A stretch of DNA of 64,000 bases from Paraphysomonas bandaiensis (lineage: Eukaryota; Protista; Chrysophyceae): NCBI GenBank assembly GCA_965644295.1, contig CBFFRP010000408.1, forward strand, positions 124,001 through 188,000, read 5' to 3'. The stretch's first letter is position 1; every line of letters starts with the position of its first letter. The translations under genes were made by a program, and so were the position numbers. Below, piece after piece: positions 33,026 to 46,140 of this stretch. The notes beneath the pieces were generated by a model that did not search any database, was not told the origin of the DNA, and saw only the letters and a list, made by a program, of their open reading frames with translations.

Positions 33026-36000
33026 ATGAACAGTCGTAGGAGTCACATCGAACTCTACTCTAAGGTCCCTGGTAATGATCAATCTGATGCATCAAGCTCC
33101 GGTCTCCAGCAATCGTCATCTGAGTCGACGCCGCAAGATGGCCTCACGTTCCAAGAAATAGCCTCGTTCTTGCGTCCCTATTTTTGGCCGGAAAATTCAT
33201 TATCGAATAGAATTCGCTGTATTGCTACTGGTGTGATGGTTTGCATGTCGAAGATATGTGCTGTAACAGCTCCTCTCTATATATCTGGAGCTACTAATGC
33301 GCTAGTGGATGAAGATTATTCAATAGCCACTGTGTACCTAGTGATGTATTGCTTGTTACGGCTCCTGGCAGTATCTTTTAAAGGTATACTGGACATCTCA
33401 AGTTTTTTCTTACATTCTTACCACCCCTGACACAATATAGTTGACAAATGTATCTAATACTTTCCTTACATCATGTAGAGCTGCAGTCGGTGGTCTATTT
33501 ATCCGTTTCAAAGCAAGCCAGTGTGGACATTTCAGTCAAAGCTTATCGACATATTCATGACATGTCCCTTCATTGGCATACCAGCAAGAAAATGGGCGAG
33601 TTGCTACGAGTGTTAGACAGAGGTGCATCAGCAGCCAATGACCTGGTATGTAGTCATAGTGAATATATGTTTTTACTTTTTTTTCGTTTCTTTCCTGAAA
33701 TGTGTTACTGTCATACTATGGTAGTGTCGTAAGACACAGAGTGTGCTTCCTATATATTCTTCGGTGCTGTATTTTTATGTGCCACATTCATTCCATGTTT
33801 TGATGGTGTTGCAGATTTCTTTTGCACTTCTGACCCTAATTCCGGGGCTATGTGAATCCATTGCTGTATGCGTGATGTTTAGTACTCGTTTCAAGCAATG
33901 GGAACTTTCAGTGGTGGTGTTAATTGGTGTCATATTTTACACTGTTATAACAAGAGTAGTCACCACTCGTAGAAAGGAGCGCAGGTACTGCACAAAGGAT
34001 ATGGGAAACATGTAAATAATGTTGGCTAACAGACAGGCTAGTATAAAACAAGATAACGAATATCACCAGCACGCGACAGATAGCATAATCAATTATGAGG
34101 TACTATTACAACATTCCATTATGATGTACCTCCTTGTGTAGTGCAAAGCTGTATATGATATGCCGTGGAGTGCTGATATATTCTTTTGTTTGTGATGAGG
34201 TGACTCAATGTACTATGAATTTTGTAGACTGTAAAGAACTTTTGTGGAGAAGCATTCGAAACTGAGAGGTGGGTTCGCTATGACTTGTACTCGCCGTAGT
34301 ATGTGTGTGCGGTGTTAGTTACATAGTGCAATGCGTGTATGTATATAGTTGATGGAATGCTATGACCTTCTAAAGGTTTTCGTATATGTGGTGTTGCTTA
34401 GTTCCATAGAATACCAAAAATCATTATTGATGTATATGTTCGATTTCATGTTGCTTACAGTTTGTCGTGTACACAAACTAGCTTAGTGTAGAAACTTTCT
34501 AAGAAAAACATGTCAGATATCGTGCGAGTGTTTCCGAGTACCAACAGTCACTTAAAGACATTCAAAGCGCAACATGTGTTTTGAAAATATTGCAGCAGTG
34601 TGTGGTGAATGGGTGTTTGCTCGCTAACCTTCTCATTACAACGAGTCGACTACGAAGCGGTAGCATGAGTGTGGGAGGTAGGCATATGTAGCGTGCAACT
34701 GGATGCTATATTCTAAGTGTAGGATGTAGTTTATATATATAATTATATAGAGGCCGCTTCGTATATAATGTATTGTATATTGTTATTACCCTTGTTGGCA
34801 GTATATAATTTCATGCACTTCTGTTGAGCTGAGATTGGCTATTTTTAATATGTACTGACAGATTTTGTTGCTGTAAACTCGTATACCATCAATGTTTATC
34901 CCCCGCTCAATACTGTCGGTGGAGTTTATAATTCGATCGTGCAAGCTTTGACGGATCTATCGAATTTGTTAGCGTTATTGAGGTTGGAAGGAGACAACGG
35001 AGATAATGATTGTACCACGGAGATACCTGTGTACGGGAATGCTCAGGGCCTTCATGGTGGTGTTTCTGTTGAATTTGATGGTAAGCCGCGCCTATATTAC
35101 TGCTATGTTAGTGGTTATATTTGCCCATGCTTTTGCTGGTTGCATATATTTCATCGATTTTGTATTAGGAGTGAGCTTTACGTACCCTGGTCAATCAGTT
35201 GTAAAAGGAATACGAGATATCAATTTCTTCGTGGCGCCGGGATCAACGACTGGTGTGTTTTGCTTGTATATATTTGGTTGCTATGGACATTTTACCTATA
35301 TATGTATTGTTACCAACCACCCCATAGTGTATATACAATCATAGAGTCCATCATTGCACATCAAAGTGTCTGTAAACTTAACGCTTAATTCTGTGTGCAG
35401 CTGTGGTGGGTCACAGTGGGAGTGGAAAAACAACACTACTGAAGCTTTTGCTGCGCTTTTACGACCCTCACACTGGATATATCCGAATGGGAGGATATGA
35501 TATACATAACTACTCCCAGACAAGTGTCAGACAGTGTTTAGGAGTTGTTCCTCAGGACACAGTAAGTTGCTTACAACGCATGATTCTGCAGTTTTGAATG
35601 CTATAAAATTTTGAGTATAGACATGATACGCACTAAGTTTACACATCTGTAATGTGTCTGCTGAGAGAAGTGCATACTGTTCAAGGCTATGTAATTTACC
35701 AACTCTTCGTTGTATTAGGTTTTGTTTAATGACACTATATTACACAATATAAGGTACCATTATTGTCATTTTTAATTGGTAGTTATGTTGACGGCTTGTG
35801 GTGTATAAAGATATGGTAATATGAATGCCTCTATGCAAGAGATAGTTGCTGCAGCAGATGCAGCACAGATCAGAGAATTTATTGAGAGCCTTCCGGATAA
35901 ATGGAACACTCAGGTACGAAAGGAGAAAAATAGTGTATGCAATTATGTTTTTAGTGTATAACCTATAAAAATTGTGATACGCTACATATAGAATATCAGT

Positions 36001-36666
36001 CTGACATTCTGTTCAGGTTGGAGAACGTGGTTTGAAACTGAGTGGTGGCGAAAAACAGAGAATCGCAGTAGCACGATGTTTGGTACGTTTACTATGCGGA
36101 ATATGCATTGTCCTTACGATGTTGATGAGTCTACATACTTGTCTATGTTTCGTGTAAACTCTTACGTTATATATACATGGAATGAATTCTTCTAATGCAT
36201 ATGATTATGTACAGATAAAGAACCCTCCTGTGGTCATCTTGGATGAGGTGCGTTCCTTTCTATATGTTCTTGTGAATTGCTTGTGTTAAAACTATTTCTA
36301 TTACAATATCAATGGCGTGAAGTATCAATCAGTGCTCTTATTATATAGCTTATGTTTCACAAGTTTGATAATATACTATAGTCTTTGGGTTATTTTTTAA
36401 AGTATTGATTGTAGGCGACATCAGCCCTTGACACGATAACAGAAAAGTCAGTTCAGGAAGCTTTAAGGATTCTCGGACAGAATAGAACGGTTATTGTAAT
36501 TGCCCACAGACTATCCACCGTTAGGGATGCTGACAACATACTGGTGTTGGACGAAGGAACCATTGTGCAGTCAGGAACTCATGAGGAATTAATTGCTCAA
36601 AACGGTCAATATAGAATGCTTTGGGAAAGCCAATCTTCAGACGATATGAAGAAAACTATATCTTGA
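33026..36666 (+). CDS. ABCB half-transporter, ABCB6/HMT1/ATM1-like, many exons
   Basis: [38 protein letters not shown], Walker [24 protein letters not shown], signature [10 protein letters not shown], Walker [19 protein letters not shown]. Confidence 0.93.
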
Positions 36667-38719
36667 ATATTTATTATACTATACTGTAATGCCCTCTAGA
36701 CCGTGTGGTTTAATATTGTGGTGTCGTATGCACTCATAGTCAGAGTATATATATCCTTCTATATTTTTGATCACAGTCCACAATAAACTAGCGACATTTT
36801 AACACTACTTTTTAAATGATGTACTAAAAATTTCGAAAAAAACTATTTTGTATATATTTATCACATAAGCAATTAAGCCATATGTGTTAGGTATTAGACT
36901 ACAGACAATGCTTTTCATATTTTAGTTATTAGTTGTAGTCATGTAGTCACCCTCCAACATAATACTTTAGGTTAAGTTTAATACTAATTTCAAGTACAGC
37001 ATACGTATTTTCCTGCTTCACAACCTACAATTAAGTTGAGTTTTGCTGTTTGAGAGCAGCTTAAAGCTACAGTTCGAAGGTATTTGAATTGTGATGCTAA
37101 TGAGTAATGAATACAGAAGTGGCTAACTGTATTTCGAAAACTAATGTCATGATTGCAATTATAATGCGTAGTGAAACTGAAATTTATTGACCGTATAAGA
37201 TCGTGATATATCGAAGATCGTAAGAAAATGATTAAGAGTTGCGACAACATGGATTTGGTGATGGACTATGTATGACAAATGATATCATTTATAACTTTAC
37301 TAATATTTCTAATTTATAATATCAGCACAGAGTAAAGTATTGTTCAGTTATGTGAATTTATAACAAAGTCGTAAGTAAAACCTTTACTTTTTCTCAACGG
37401 CTTCGCTATACAGCTTTGAAGACATTAATTTAAGCAAGACTATAATATAATATTAATATTAAATATAGAATAAAATGCTGACGTATAGAATAAATGGCTG
37501 TAACATCCTATTATCAAAATAAAGCGTTGAAAATAGATATATATATAAAGTAGCTCACATACAAATTTCTAATACAACAGCTGTATTCTAAAAGAAGACC
37601 TATTTATCATGTAGGAGTTAGGTATTTCCCTGAAACTAAATTCTTCTTCAACATTGTTGCAAAATTACTTAGTTCGACGACGCCACAGCCCTAATAAAAA
37701 GATTGCTTCAAGAAAAATATTTGTTTAGTATGTCTTTCACTATACATATTGTCTGTTTGCCATATGTTTAGTCAAACGCTCAACATCATATATATCTATA
37801 TAATTTAATAGTAAAATATTACTTTACACCACTACCAACTTCACAACCTGTAAAAGATGTTGCGCATAGGCTACTGAAGATTGAAGCAGTTATATGTGTG
37901 ACATCAGTCCTAGACGATAAAGGAGCTACACGCAATAATTGAAAAAAGTGTACGACGTTATGTGAGTGAATTCACAATTATACTGCGACATTTCGATTTC
38001 AACTTTTATCAATGAAATGTGATGCGTCAAGCAGTTCACATACGGGACGATGATTAAATCGAAGAAATTCAGAAATGTACATTTTCTTTCATATATTGTT
38101 GTCGTTTTATCGTTAAAGGAGAGATCCACTTAATGACGTGTGCCTTTCAAACTATAAGTCCAGCTGCTGTTTATGCAGGGTGTTACTTCAAGTAACTTGA
38201 CAGTGTGTTTGGGTGGTCTGATGGAGTAGCTCTGATTTATTGCGACTTCTTATATTTGAATACTGAAATGTGGCATGAAAATTCATCTCAATTTATCTAA
38301 TAACTGACAGGATATTGCAAGCTAGACAGTAACTGTGTTGGATGATTCCCACTGATGAATGATTGTATGTGTAATTTGCAGTATACCGCATTGCAATCAA
38401 CTGTCACGTCACTCTGTATGGTGTTATATGCAGGTTTAGAGTTGCTTCACGCATTACTGTATCCTAAGGCCTGATCTCTAGTCGTGTTTGATCGCCTAGC
38501 AGCAATCAAGATATGGATGCATGATCTACCGGACATCACGGATAGTGTACTCCCGGTAACGGCCACTAGGAGTGTTACAAGAATATGCTGGACGGTATCC
38601 TGGAATACAGCGCTGTATTCCAGTTCCTGTTACTGTTACGTCCAGCGGTGTGTATATACATACATACATGTACATGTGAGTGCTGCTTCATCAAGCACAT
38701 CTCATCACACCCCCTTCCG

Positions 38720-41500
38720 ATGCTACCCTCCCTCGATATTCACAGCATAGAGAGCTACGATGACCCCTTATCTCGCAAGCAAAAGCTCTCTGGTCGAGAT
38801 GCAGCCAGAGTGTTGTTTGAGTATGCAGAGAAGCGGAGAGCGTCCGACCAGAGCCTCCATGAGACTCACTATGCGGCCTTATCGGCTCTACCGTCGAGCT
38901 CTAACTGGAGCGCATTGCTTCATACTCCAACAGAGGTCGACAACATCGTCACTGCACTCACAGCTAAGCTTGAATTTATGTGTGATACGATCGTGCTGAA
39001 AATTCTCAGCGAATGTAAACACTTTCTGTCTGTTGCGTGTGTGGAGCAGGGCGATTTGATGGGGAAAATGATTAATCAGATCCAACGGACTGTGGAACTT
39101 GTACAAAATGGCCTGAAAGCACTTCATGTCACTGTCAAAACTGTTATGACGGAGAAAAATAACTTTGCTTCCAAGGCACTGAGTTTAGCCAAATCGATTC
39201 GATCTGTTTGCTATCATGAAATTGAATCTGCTATGATTAATCCATCTTTAGAATTTTGCACTCTTATTAGTGATATTTCATTGAAAAGAAAAGTCGGGAC
39301 CGAGAGAGCAGTCAAAAGAGTGAGTATTTCTACGCGAATCCAGTCTCGTAGTCATCCTTTTCGTAGTTATATGCATCATTGCAAGAAGACACTAAGTCCT
39401 CATGTAGTGAGAGAGTAGATTCAGTTGAAACAAGCGACATGCTCAATTACATTGAAACTATCTACAGTAGCAGATTAATGACGATGCTGATTGATGATGT
39501 AAAGAAAGTTGTTAATAAACTTGTTGAAGAGGATTCTGCTGCGATGGCGGCGAAAGAAAAAAGTGAGATAAAGGTATGTGTTGGTTTACATAGACATAGT
39601 GTATGACTTATGCACAGAGAGCGGCTACATATGAGAGTTCAGCAACTCGGCAATCAGTTTTAATTGCCAAAGAACGAGTGATGAAAGCCGAGAAGGAGAG
39701 TGCAGCTTTTTTAATGATGCGGTAAGAGTGTGTTATTCTGCTGCATTTTATCATCGCTGTTGTAGTTTATTTAGTCGGAGAGATGGAGCGGCTATCTCCA
39801 TCCAGTGCTGCTATCGGCGGTACATGCATCGAAAAATGTAAGTATTCTGCATTAGAAATTTGGCTGCTCACATATTTATTAGGACAGTGAAAAGACTACA
39901 TGATATATTGGCTGCAAGGGTTGCTCGTTTTGTAAGAATTGGCTGCTTTAGGCGAAAGCTGTGTCGGATTATTACCCACAAACGACGAGTGAAAATGGCA
40001 ACTGCTCTTATTCAACGGTTATACCGTGCTGGTTCTGAATGCTGAATGATAATGGCTCTCGTTCTTTTTGTAGAGTTTGTTGGAGACATATAAAAAACAT
40101 GCAAAGGAAGCAATGGGCGGCAGACGTGATTAGTAGAAATGTCAAAAAGTATATTTTAATATGAGTTGATCTATATTGTGGATATAAGTCTGCTTCATAG
40201 GCTGTTTCGTCGGTATAAGTATCGTCACATGGCATTGCTTGTGAAATCCTTGGCCTCAGCACATGTACAAAACGCTTGGATGTGCAAATGGCAGGGACTG
40301 GAAGACAGAATTATCAGGTTTATCTCTTTGGGTTCTTATGTTGGAAGTAATTGTTTGTGAAGGGTTGAAACTTTTCTTGATAATATTAGTCCTGTTAGCG
40401 TGGCTCAACATTACTTGTCACGTAGTGAGATAGAAAGGAGTTTATCGAAAGGACTGAATTCAGAGAACAATGATGTAAAACAAAAGGACAGATATCACGA
40501 GGTCTGAATTATCGATATCGATAGTTGTGTGCGTGTCATCGTTTTTTTCAGCGACTGGTTATGATGTCGAAATGGAAAGAGTTTCGCCCTAAAGAGATAC
40601 CACATTCTGACAGCAATGGTTGTAGTTTCTTTCTAAATTCTAAGTACGACTTTTTCCTATATATTACGTGATAATATATATCTTGTACAGTGTACCTAAC
40701 GAGGCAATATCTGGATTTGGGCGCGGAAATGCTTCTGAATTATCTGTTGTGCGAGCAGAGGATAGTTGCACGGTATATTCTATAATCGGTGCTTCTGTGA
40801 TTCGATTAGGTGAGACAAGTCCTGAGACTTGCAACCCAGTGCAGCCCAACTCCTCCGTGCATCATAAGCGAAATACATTGGTGGCATCACGCAAGATGAA
40901 GCACAATTCGTTTCGTCCACCGCGAGCGACTATCCATTCGGCGGTTTTTGCAGGAGTAGAACATGAAGTAAGTCTTTGCTGGAGCCATATATAGTGATAT
41001 ATGTCATGGTTTGATAGGATCCTGCTACATCCACAACTAATTCGACCGAAGTTCCGCGACCTTTATCGCCACCTAGTTCTACTATAGTACGACGCTCGAG
41101 GTATACTAAGAGAGGTAGGCGGATAACAACTCGTAGACGAAACAGTCCAGAGAATTCAGAATTGTGTTCGGAAGAAGCAGCTGAAGAGAATAAGCCCTGT
41201 CAGTATTCCTCAGCTGCGAATGCCACTTCACAATCAACGAATTGTAGTATGGATAAAGTTAGTGCACTGCCTTTGGCACCCAATTATTCCAGCAATACTG
41301 AATCAAAGGGCAGAGGTGAGCCAAAACCAGACAAACTAGCAAGTGAAACAAGAATATCTGTGACGCTACCAACACCGAACGAAGATAGTCAAAGTTGTGA
41401 TAGTAGTGTGGAAAATGGTGCGCCTATTTTGCCACTACAGCATGAACTTATGCAAATACGCGAACGGCTTAGACAGTACATGAGGGATGGCATCTCGTGA
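38720..41500 (+). CDS. Multi-exon protein of unknown function with IQ-like motifs
   Basis: Chain of same-strand ORFs with GT-AG introns; AAISIQCCYRRY and ATALIQRLYR. Start and exon structure uncertain. Confidence 0.55.
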
Positions 41501-41879
41501 TTAGCGGTTTTATTGTACTGTAGTGGTATTATCACATTTTGACCAGCAATGCAGCAATGTTGAGATTGTCAGCAGTAATATATTAGTAGTAGAAGAGACG
41601 TGTACATACTGTTCCTGTGATGAAAGTACAGCAGACTGGAATGGTCAAGCATTTCATGTACTTAAATTGAAGATGCTTCTGACCAATAATATTTTATCTA
41701 CAATAATAGAGTATAATATAAATTTAAGCATTTGAAAAGTAGTCCCTATTCCCTATATATTTTTCCTTCATATTGTAATATTGATACCTACCCCCTTTGT
41801 CTTTAATTGTAGTACTATGCTACTACTAGAAGGTGCAGTTGAATAGTATAAAACTGCATAAGCAGTTGAACCTGCATGT

Positions 41880-43089
41880 TATTGAAAATCTGATTATTAA
41901 GAAGCGCAAGCTTGTGCGTTGCCGCGACCAACCTAACAACTCGCGCGACACTATGCATAACATGACTCTCATCTAGTTACTATTGCATGCACCGACAAGT
42001 GCTCAACTATACAACACGATTTAGTTAGCGACATGGGCATACGACGAGTTGCGTGTTTAAGCCGGATCATACGCTCCTGCCCAATCTACTTGTCCTAACA
42101 CAAACAACTTGCGGTCGGTGTCTTCGGCATATGTCTCCTGTATATGCGGCAGATCTTTAGGGCCCTCTTCAAGGTGGTGTTCACAGCAGCAGGTAGTCTG
42201 GAAGGGAGAATAAAGTAGCTCTATAGCGCCGGGTCCTCCCACGGTCACGAAGCGGTCTCACTGGTGCAATTTTGCACACTGACGCATGAAACAGACATCT
42301 ACCAAAATCTGTTACAAATTCAAGCTGACTCCAATGTCTTCCCTCCATTGTGTGCACTCGTCCAGCACATGCATCCCCACCTTGCACTCTTCTCCCGAGT
42401 GACTTACACTAGTAGGAAACCGTGCACCTTCCCCGCTCGGATGAAAACCTACTAAGCAAGAATAACATAAAAGCACCACAAATGTACCTGACACTGCTTG
42501 GAGAACAGTGCCAGAGCCTTGATATAATCTCAATGACCTGGGTCAGGAGAAACCAAGACTAGGCAGTAGACGTGTGAGAAGACATGACAGGTCTAATCAC
42601 ATCATTGCCATTGCCATGCATCCATGAGGAAAGTTTGACGCATTACCTCGGTCATTGGCCACACAGATACCGAATAATGTGAACTCATACTCAGCATCAA
42701 TCACTCAAAGCAAACGCAGGGAGCAAGCAGAATGTTGATATACCTGACATCTGCTGACTTCAAGTGTTTTGAGTTCTTAAGGTGAACATCCCGGATGCTT
42801 AACTTCAGCAGGCAGCCCAATACCCCGGTTACCCTTCTGGTGGGCCCTGTCCCGGATGCCCTTGAGGTGGGCCCATTCCCGGATGCCTGTTTATTCGTCA
42901 GGGCCCAAAGACGTCTACACAAGTGACACTTATTAGTGTCCCTTGTACCACACAAGCATTTGGCTATGAGTGGGCAGAACAATATCTGCTGACTATGTTT
43001 GCGGCTCACGTTAGTTTCCCAGAGAGAATCTCTCCGGTACTTATCCCCCTGAACACCACGAAAAGGTGCGAGTCCGACTTTGTTGAGGG
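41880..43089 (-). mobile_element. TSD-flanked non-autonomous non-LTR retroelement (family S, copy A, 1210 bp)
   Basis: 12-bp TSD GAACCTGCATGT (41868-41879, 43090-43101). 3' tail TAATAATCAGATTTTCAATAA resembles other copies. Possible ORF relics HVLDEC and GRGNAQA. No intact RT. Confidence 0.85.
43003..43089 (-). ncRNA. Candidate HDV-like (nested double pseudoknot) RNA at element 5' end
   Basis: Manual fold: P1 CCCUCAAC/GUUCAGGG, P2 GGACUCGC/GUGAGCC, P3 ACC/GGU, L3 UUUUCGU, P4 CCGGAGAG/CUCUCUGG, J4/2 CUAAC. Starts at the TSD boundary. Non-canonical first nucleotide and P1.1. Confidence 0.5.
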
Positions 43090-44516
43090 GAACCTGCATG
43101 TAACCAAAAGTTGATTTTACGGAAGGGATAAATATTAAGCTGTCTCTTCTTATCAACATGATATATATATCTGTGTATATATACATACATATGAAGAGGT
43201 AGTCTTTGAGCTGGCGATAGTAAGAACTAGAAAAGTACATCAATAGTATATAGGCTTTTTCCTTCTTTTTAAGGACAATTACGAACATGGGCGTATATTT
43301 TTTACTCTACAGTTAAGAATGTTTTTGTATATGACTATCATAACATTGGTTGCAGTAATTGCGATACTATTGCAAGCCCAATATTGGTGAAACAATATTA
43401 ATGAAATATTTGACCAGTCCACCAATCTATATATTTTACAATATATTGCATTTTTTTGCAATAATATATTGTTCCCAAACCCTGAATTACATGACTATTA
43501 CGTGAGGAATAAGTACACTTTGAAACCGTGTTTCATGAAAATTAATAAAATGATACGAATTATGAAACTTTATAAGATTGTGTCTATCTAAAATTGCATT
43601 CACCTTAGTTTTCATCACTTTACCAGGTTTCATGATCGTACCGACTTCAAGTAAACAATATGCAAACGTGGGAAATTTTCAAAAATTTGGAAAAATCTAG
43701 TAGATTTACTTGACTTTTAAGAATTGTTGTAGAATGGTTCTAAAAGTGCTTGAATGCTATAGTATAGTGTTAATCTCTCCGGTACTTATCCCCCTGAACA
43801 CCACGAAAAGGTGCGAGTCCGACTTTGTTGAGGGGAACCTGCATGTAACCAAAAGTTGATTTTACGGAAGGGATAAATATTAAGCTGTCTCTTCTTATCA
43901 ACATGATATATATATCTGTGTATATATACATACATATGAAGAGGTAGTCTTTGAGCTGGCGATAGTAAGAACTAGAAAAGTACATCAATAGTATATAGGC
44001 TTTTTCCTTCTTTTTAAGGACAATTACGAACATGGGCGTATATTTTTTACTCTACAGTTAAGAATGTTTTTGTATATGACTATCATAACATTGGTTGCAG
44101 TAATTGCGATACTATTGCAAGCCCAATATTGGTGAAACAATATTAATGAAATATTTGACCAGTCCACCAATCTATATATTTTACAATATATTGCATTTTT
44201 TTGCAATAATATATTGTTCCCAAACCCTGAATTACATGACTATTACGTGAGGAATAAGTACACTTTGAAACCGTGTTTCATGAAAATTAATAAAATGATA
44301 CGAATTATGAAACTTTATAAGATTGTGTCTATCTAAAATTGCATTCACCTTAGTTTTCATCACTTTACCAGGTTTCATGATCGTACCGACTTCAAGTAAA
44401 CAATATGCAAACGTGGGAAATTTTCAAAAATTTGGAAAAATCTAGTAGATTTACTTGACTTTTAAGAATTGTTGTAGAATGGTTCTAAAAGTGCTTGAAT
44501 GCTATAGTATAGTGTT
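43027..44516. repeat. 745-bp exact tandem duplication (43027-43771, 43772-44516)
   Basis: Identical ORF translations at offset 745; AAT microhomology at the junction. Confidence 0.95.
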
Positions 44517-45090
44517 AATAAATATTTTTATTACTTTTTAGATCTTATAGGACACACCAACAGCACGTTTCCTTTTACAAGTAACTACGTTGTCTGCCCT
44601 AATACTACTACTAATAGCCATCATAAAACGCCGATACACGTCGCGGTACACAAATCCTATACTATAGTTACTATACGAGGTAATTCACTACGTTCAATAT
44701 ATCCATCACGCAACCAATACAAGTCGAATACTACTATCTCTCTCGGCGGTACAACATGAGCATACTAGAGTATACACGAAAGAACACACATAGCAGTGTA
44801 TAACTGTACAGTATATATAGGCATCACATAACCAATACACGACATGTCACACATATCTTATACTAGAGTATTTGCTCCGTTCAACATATAGCCATCACAC
44901 AACGCCTACACACGTGATACACTACTATCTCTCGATACAAGATGTGCCTAGCATTCATTAGCGCAACGAGAGAACACAAGTGTAGCATATAACAATGTAC
45001 ACCTACACGTATATTCACTCAGCTAGTTTTAACAAGGAACGCACGCCAAAAACGTGGAAATTTTTTTTCCCACGTTTGCATATTGTTTAC
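44396..45090. mobile_element. MITE-like element with 25-bp terminal inverted repeats
   Basis: GTAAACAATATGCAAACGTGGGAAA (44396-44420) and its reverse complement (45066-45090). No clear TSD. Confidence 0.65.
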
Positions 45091-45281
45091 ACTTTTCTAC
45101 ACATGTATGACACTAATTAGTGTCCCATGTACCACACAAGCATTGGACTATGAGTGAACAGAACAATATCTGCTGACAATATAATAATAAGTGACTCACG
45201 TTATTAGTGTCCCGAAGAAATATGTCCGGTACTTATCCTTCAGAACACCACGAAAAGGTGCGAGTCCGACTTTGTTGAAGG
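45091..45281 (-). mobile_element. Family S 5' head fragment (copy C)
   Basis: Matches 42915-43089 including the structured head; homology stops at the adjacent TIR. Confidence 0.8.
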
Positions 45282-45579
45282 TTACGGCACTACAACCTAC
45301 ACTTACGTAAACAACACTACTTCTTATCCAACTCTACTACACTACGACATGCATCAATGCTACCTTCACTCATACTGTAACAGAGTAGCACAAATACAAC
45401 AGCGACAAAATCTAAGCAAAATATAATTCATTTCCTTTTCCTTCCATCTCTCTATCGCTTGTTTTGCTTCGATTTTGTCGTTGTTGTATAAGATTTACTA
45501 TATACATTGTATATTTAGTCTATTTGTAGGTGAGATAAAATTGATGACTTAATTAGAAGCAATACTTTTGTCTTTTGTT

Positions 45580-45702
45580 CAGGGCCTGGTAACCATTAAT
45601 GGCCCATTAATGGTAATCCAGTTCCCGGTAATTACAATGGCATTAATGAAAAAATGTACCGGCAATTATAATGGCATTACCATTAATAGTTACCAGTCCC
45701 TG
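45580..45702. mobile_element. hAT-type MITE (123 bp)
   Basis: TIR CAGGGCCTGGTAACCATTAATGG with 2 mismatches at the right end; 8-bp TSD CTTTTGTT/CTTCTGTT. Confidence 0.85.
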
Positions 45703-46140
45703 CTTCTGTTACGATGTACTACTCTAATGTATTATCAATGAGGAAAGGTAAAAAGATTCACCCCGCTTTTAACATACTTTTTAGCATTCCTTTTCACAGT
45801 GAAGAGCTCAAAAATCACAAAGAATGTTGTAATATATGTTTAATTGAAGCTACAAGTAGAGAGTAGAGAATGGTGTAAAACTTTTGATGGCGTACCGCCA
45901 TGTCAGAAATATTGAAAGCATACAGTGGTAAAGAATATCAAAAATTCAAACAGCTAGTTACTCAAAAGAGTATCATACTCCGAAAGAGCTTCTTATTACT
46001 ATTCAGTGTGAGATGTGGGCACCAACGGGATACACAGTAGCTCGCATATATCGCGACGCCACTTTCTACAATAAATGGGCGCACAGCCCCCAGATTACAA
46101 GTTGTTCTATCTATAATGGCGGAAGTTAATAGAAGAATAT

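Noticed and set aside
36700-38400. Short ORFs in the AT-rich gap after the ABC transporter, and at 783-1502 and 7500-7900
   Set aside because: No motifs, splice-consistent chains or repeat partners recognised within the window.
42860-42910. Hammerhead core CUGACGA on the minus strand of family S (also ~15625)
   Set aside because: No correctly placed GAAA, stem II/III or UH site could be built.
43030-43085. Superficial resemblance to tracrRNA/omegaRNA (AAAAGGTGCGAGTCCG)
   Set aside because: No Cas/TnpB/Fanzor ORF in the window; TSD and A-tail context indicate a retroposon.
42701-43288. 195-aa minus-strand ORF, partly repeated at 43770-44033 and 15403-15606
   Set aside because: Crosses the TSD boundary from flank into element and has no protein motif; repetition is due to repeat copies.
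44600-45000. Possible CRISPR-like repeat-spacer array
   Set aside because: Repeats are degenerate and irregularly spaced, inside a TIR element in a eukaryotic locus, with no cas genes.
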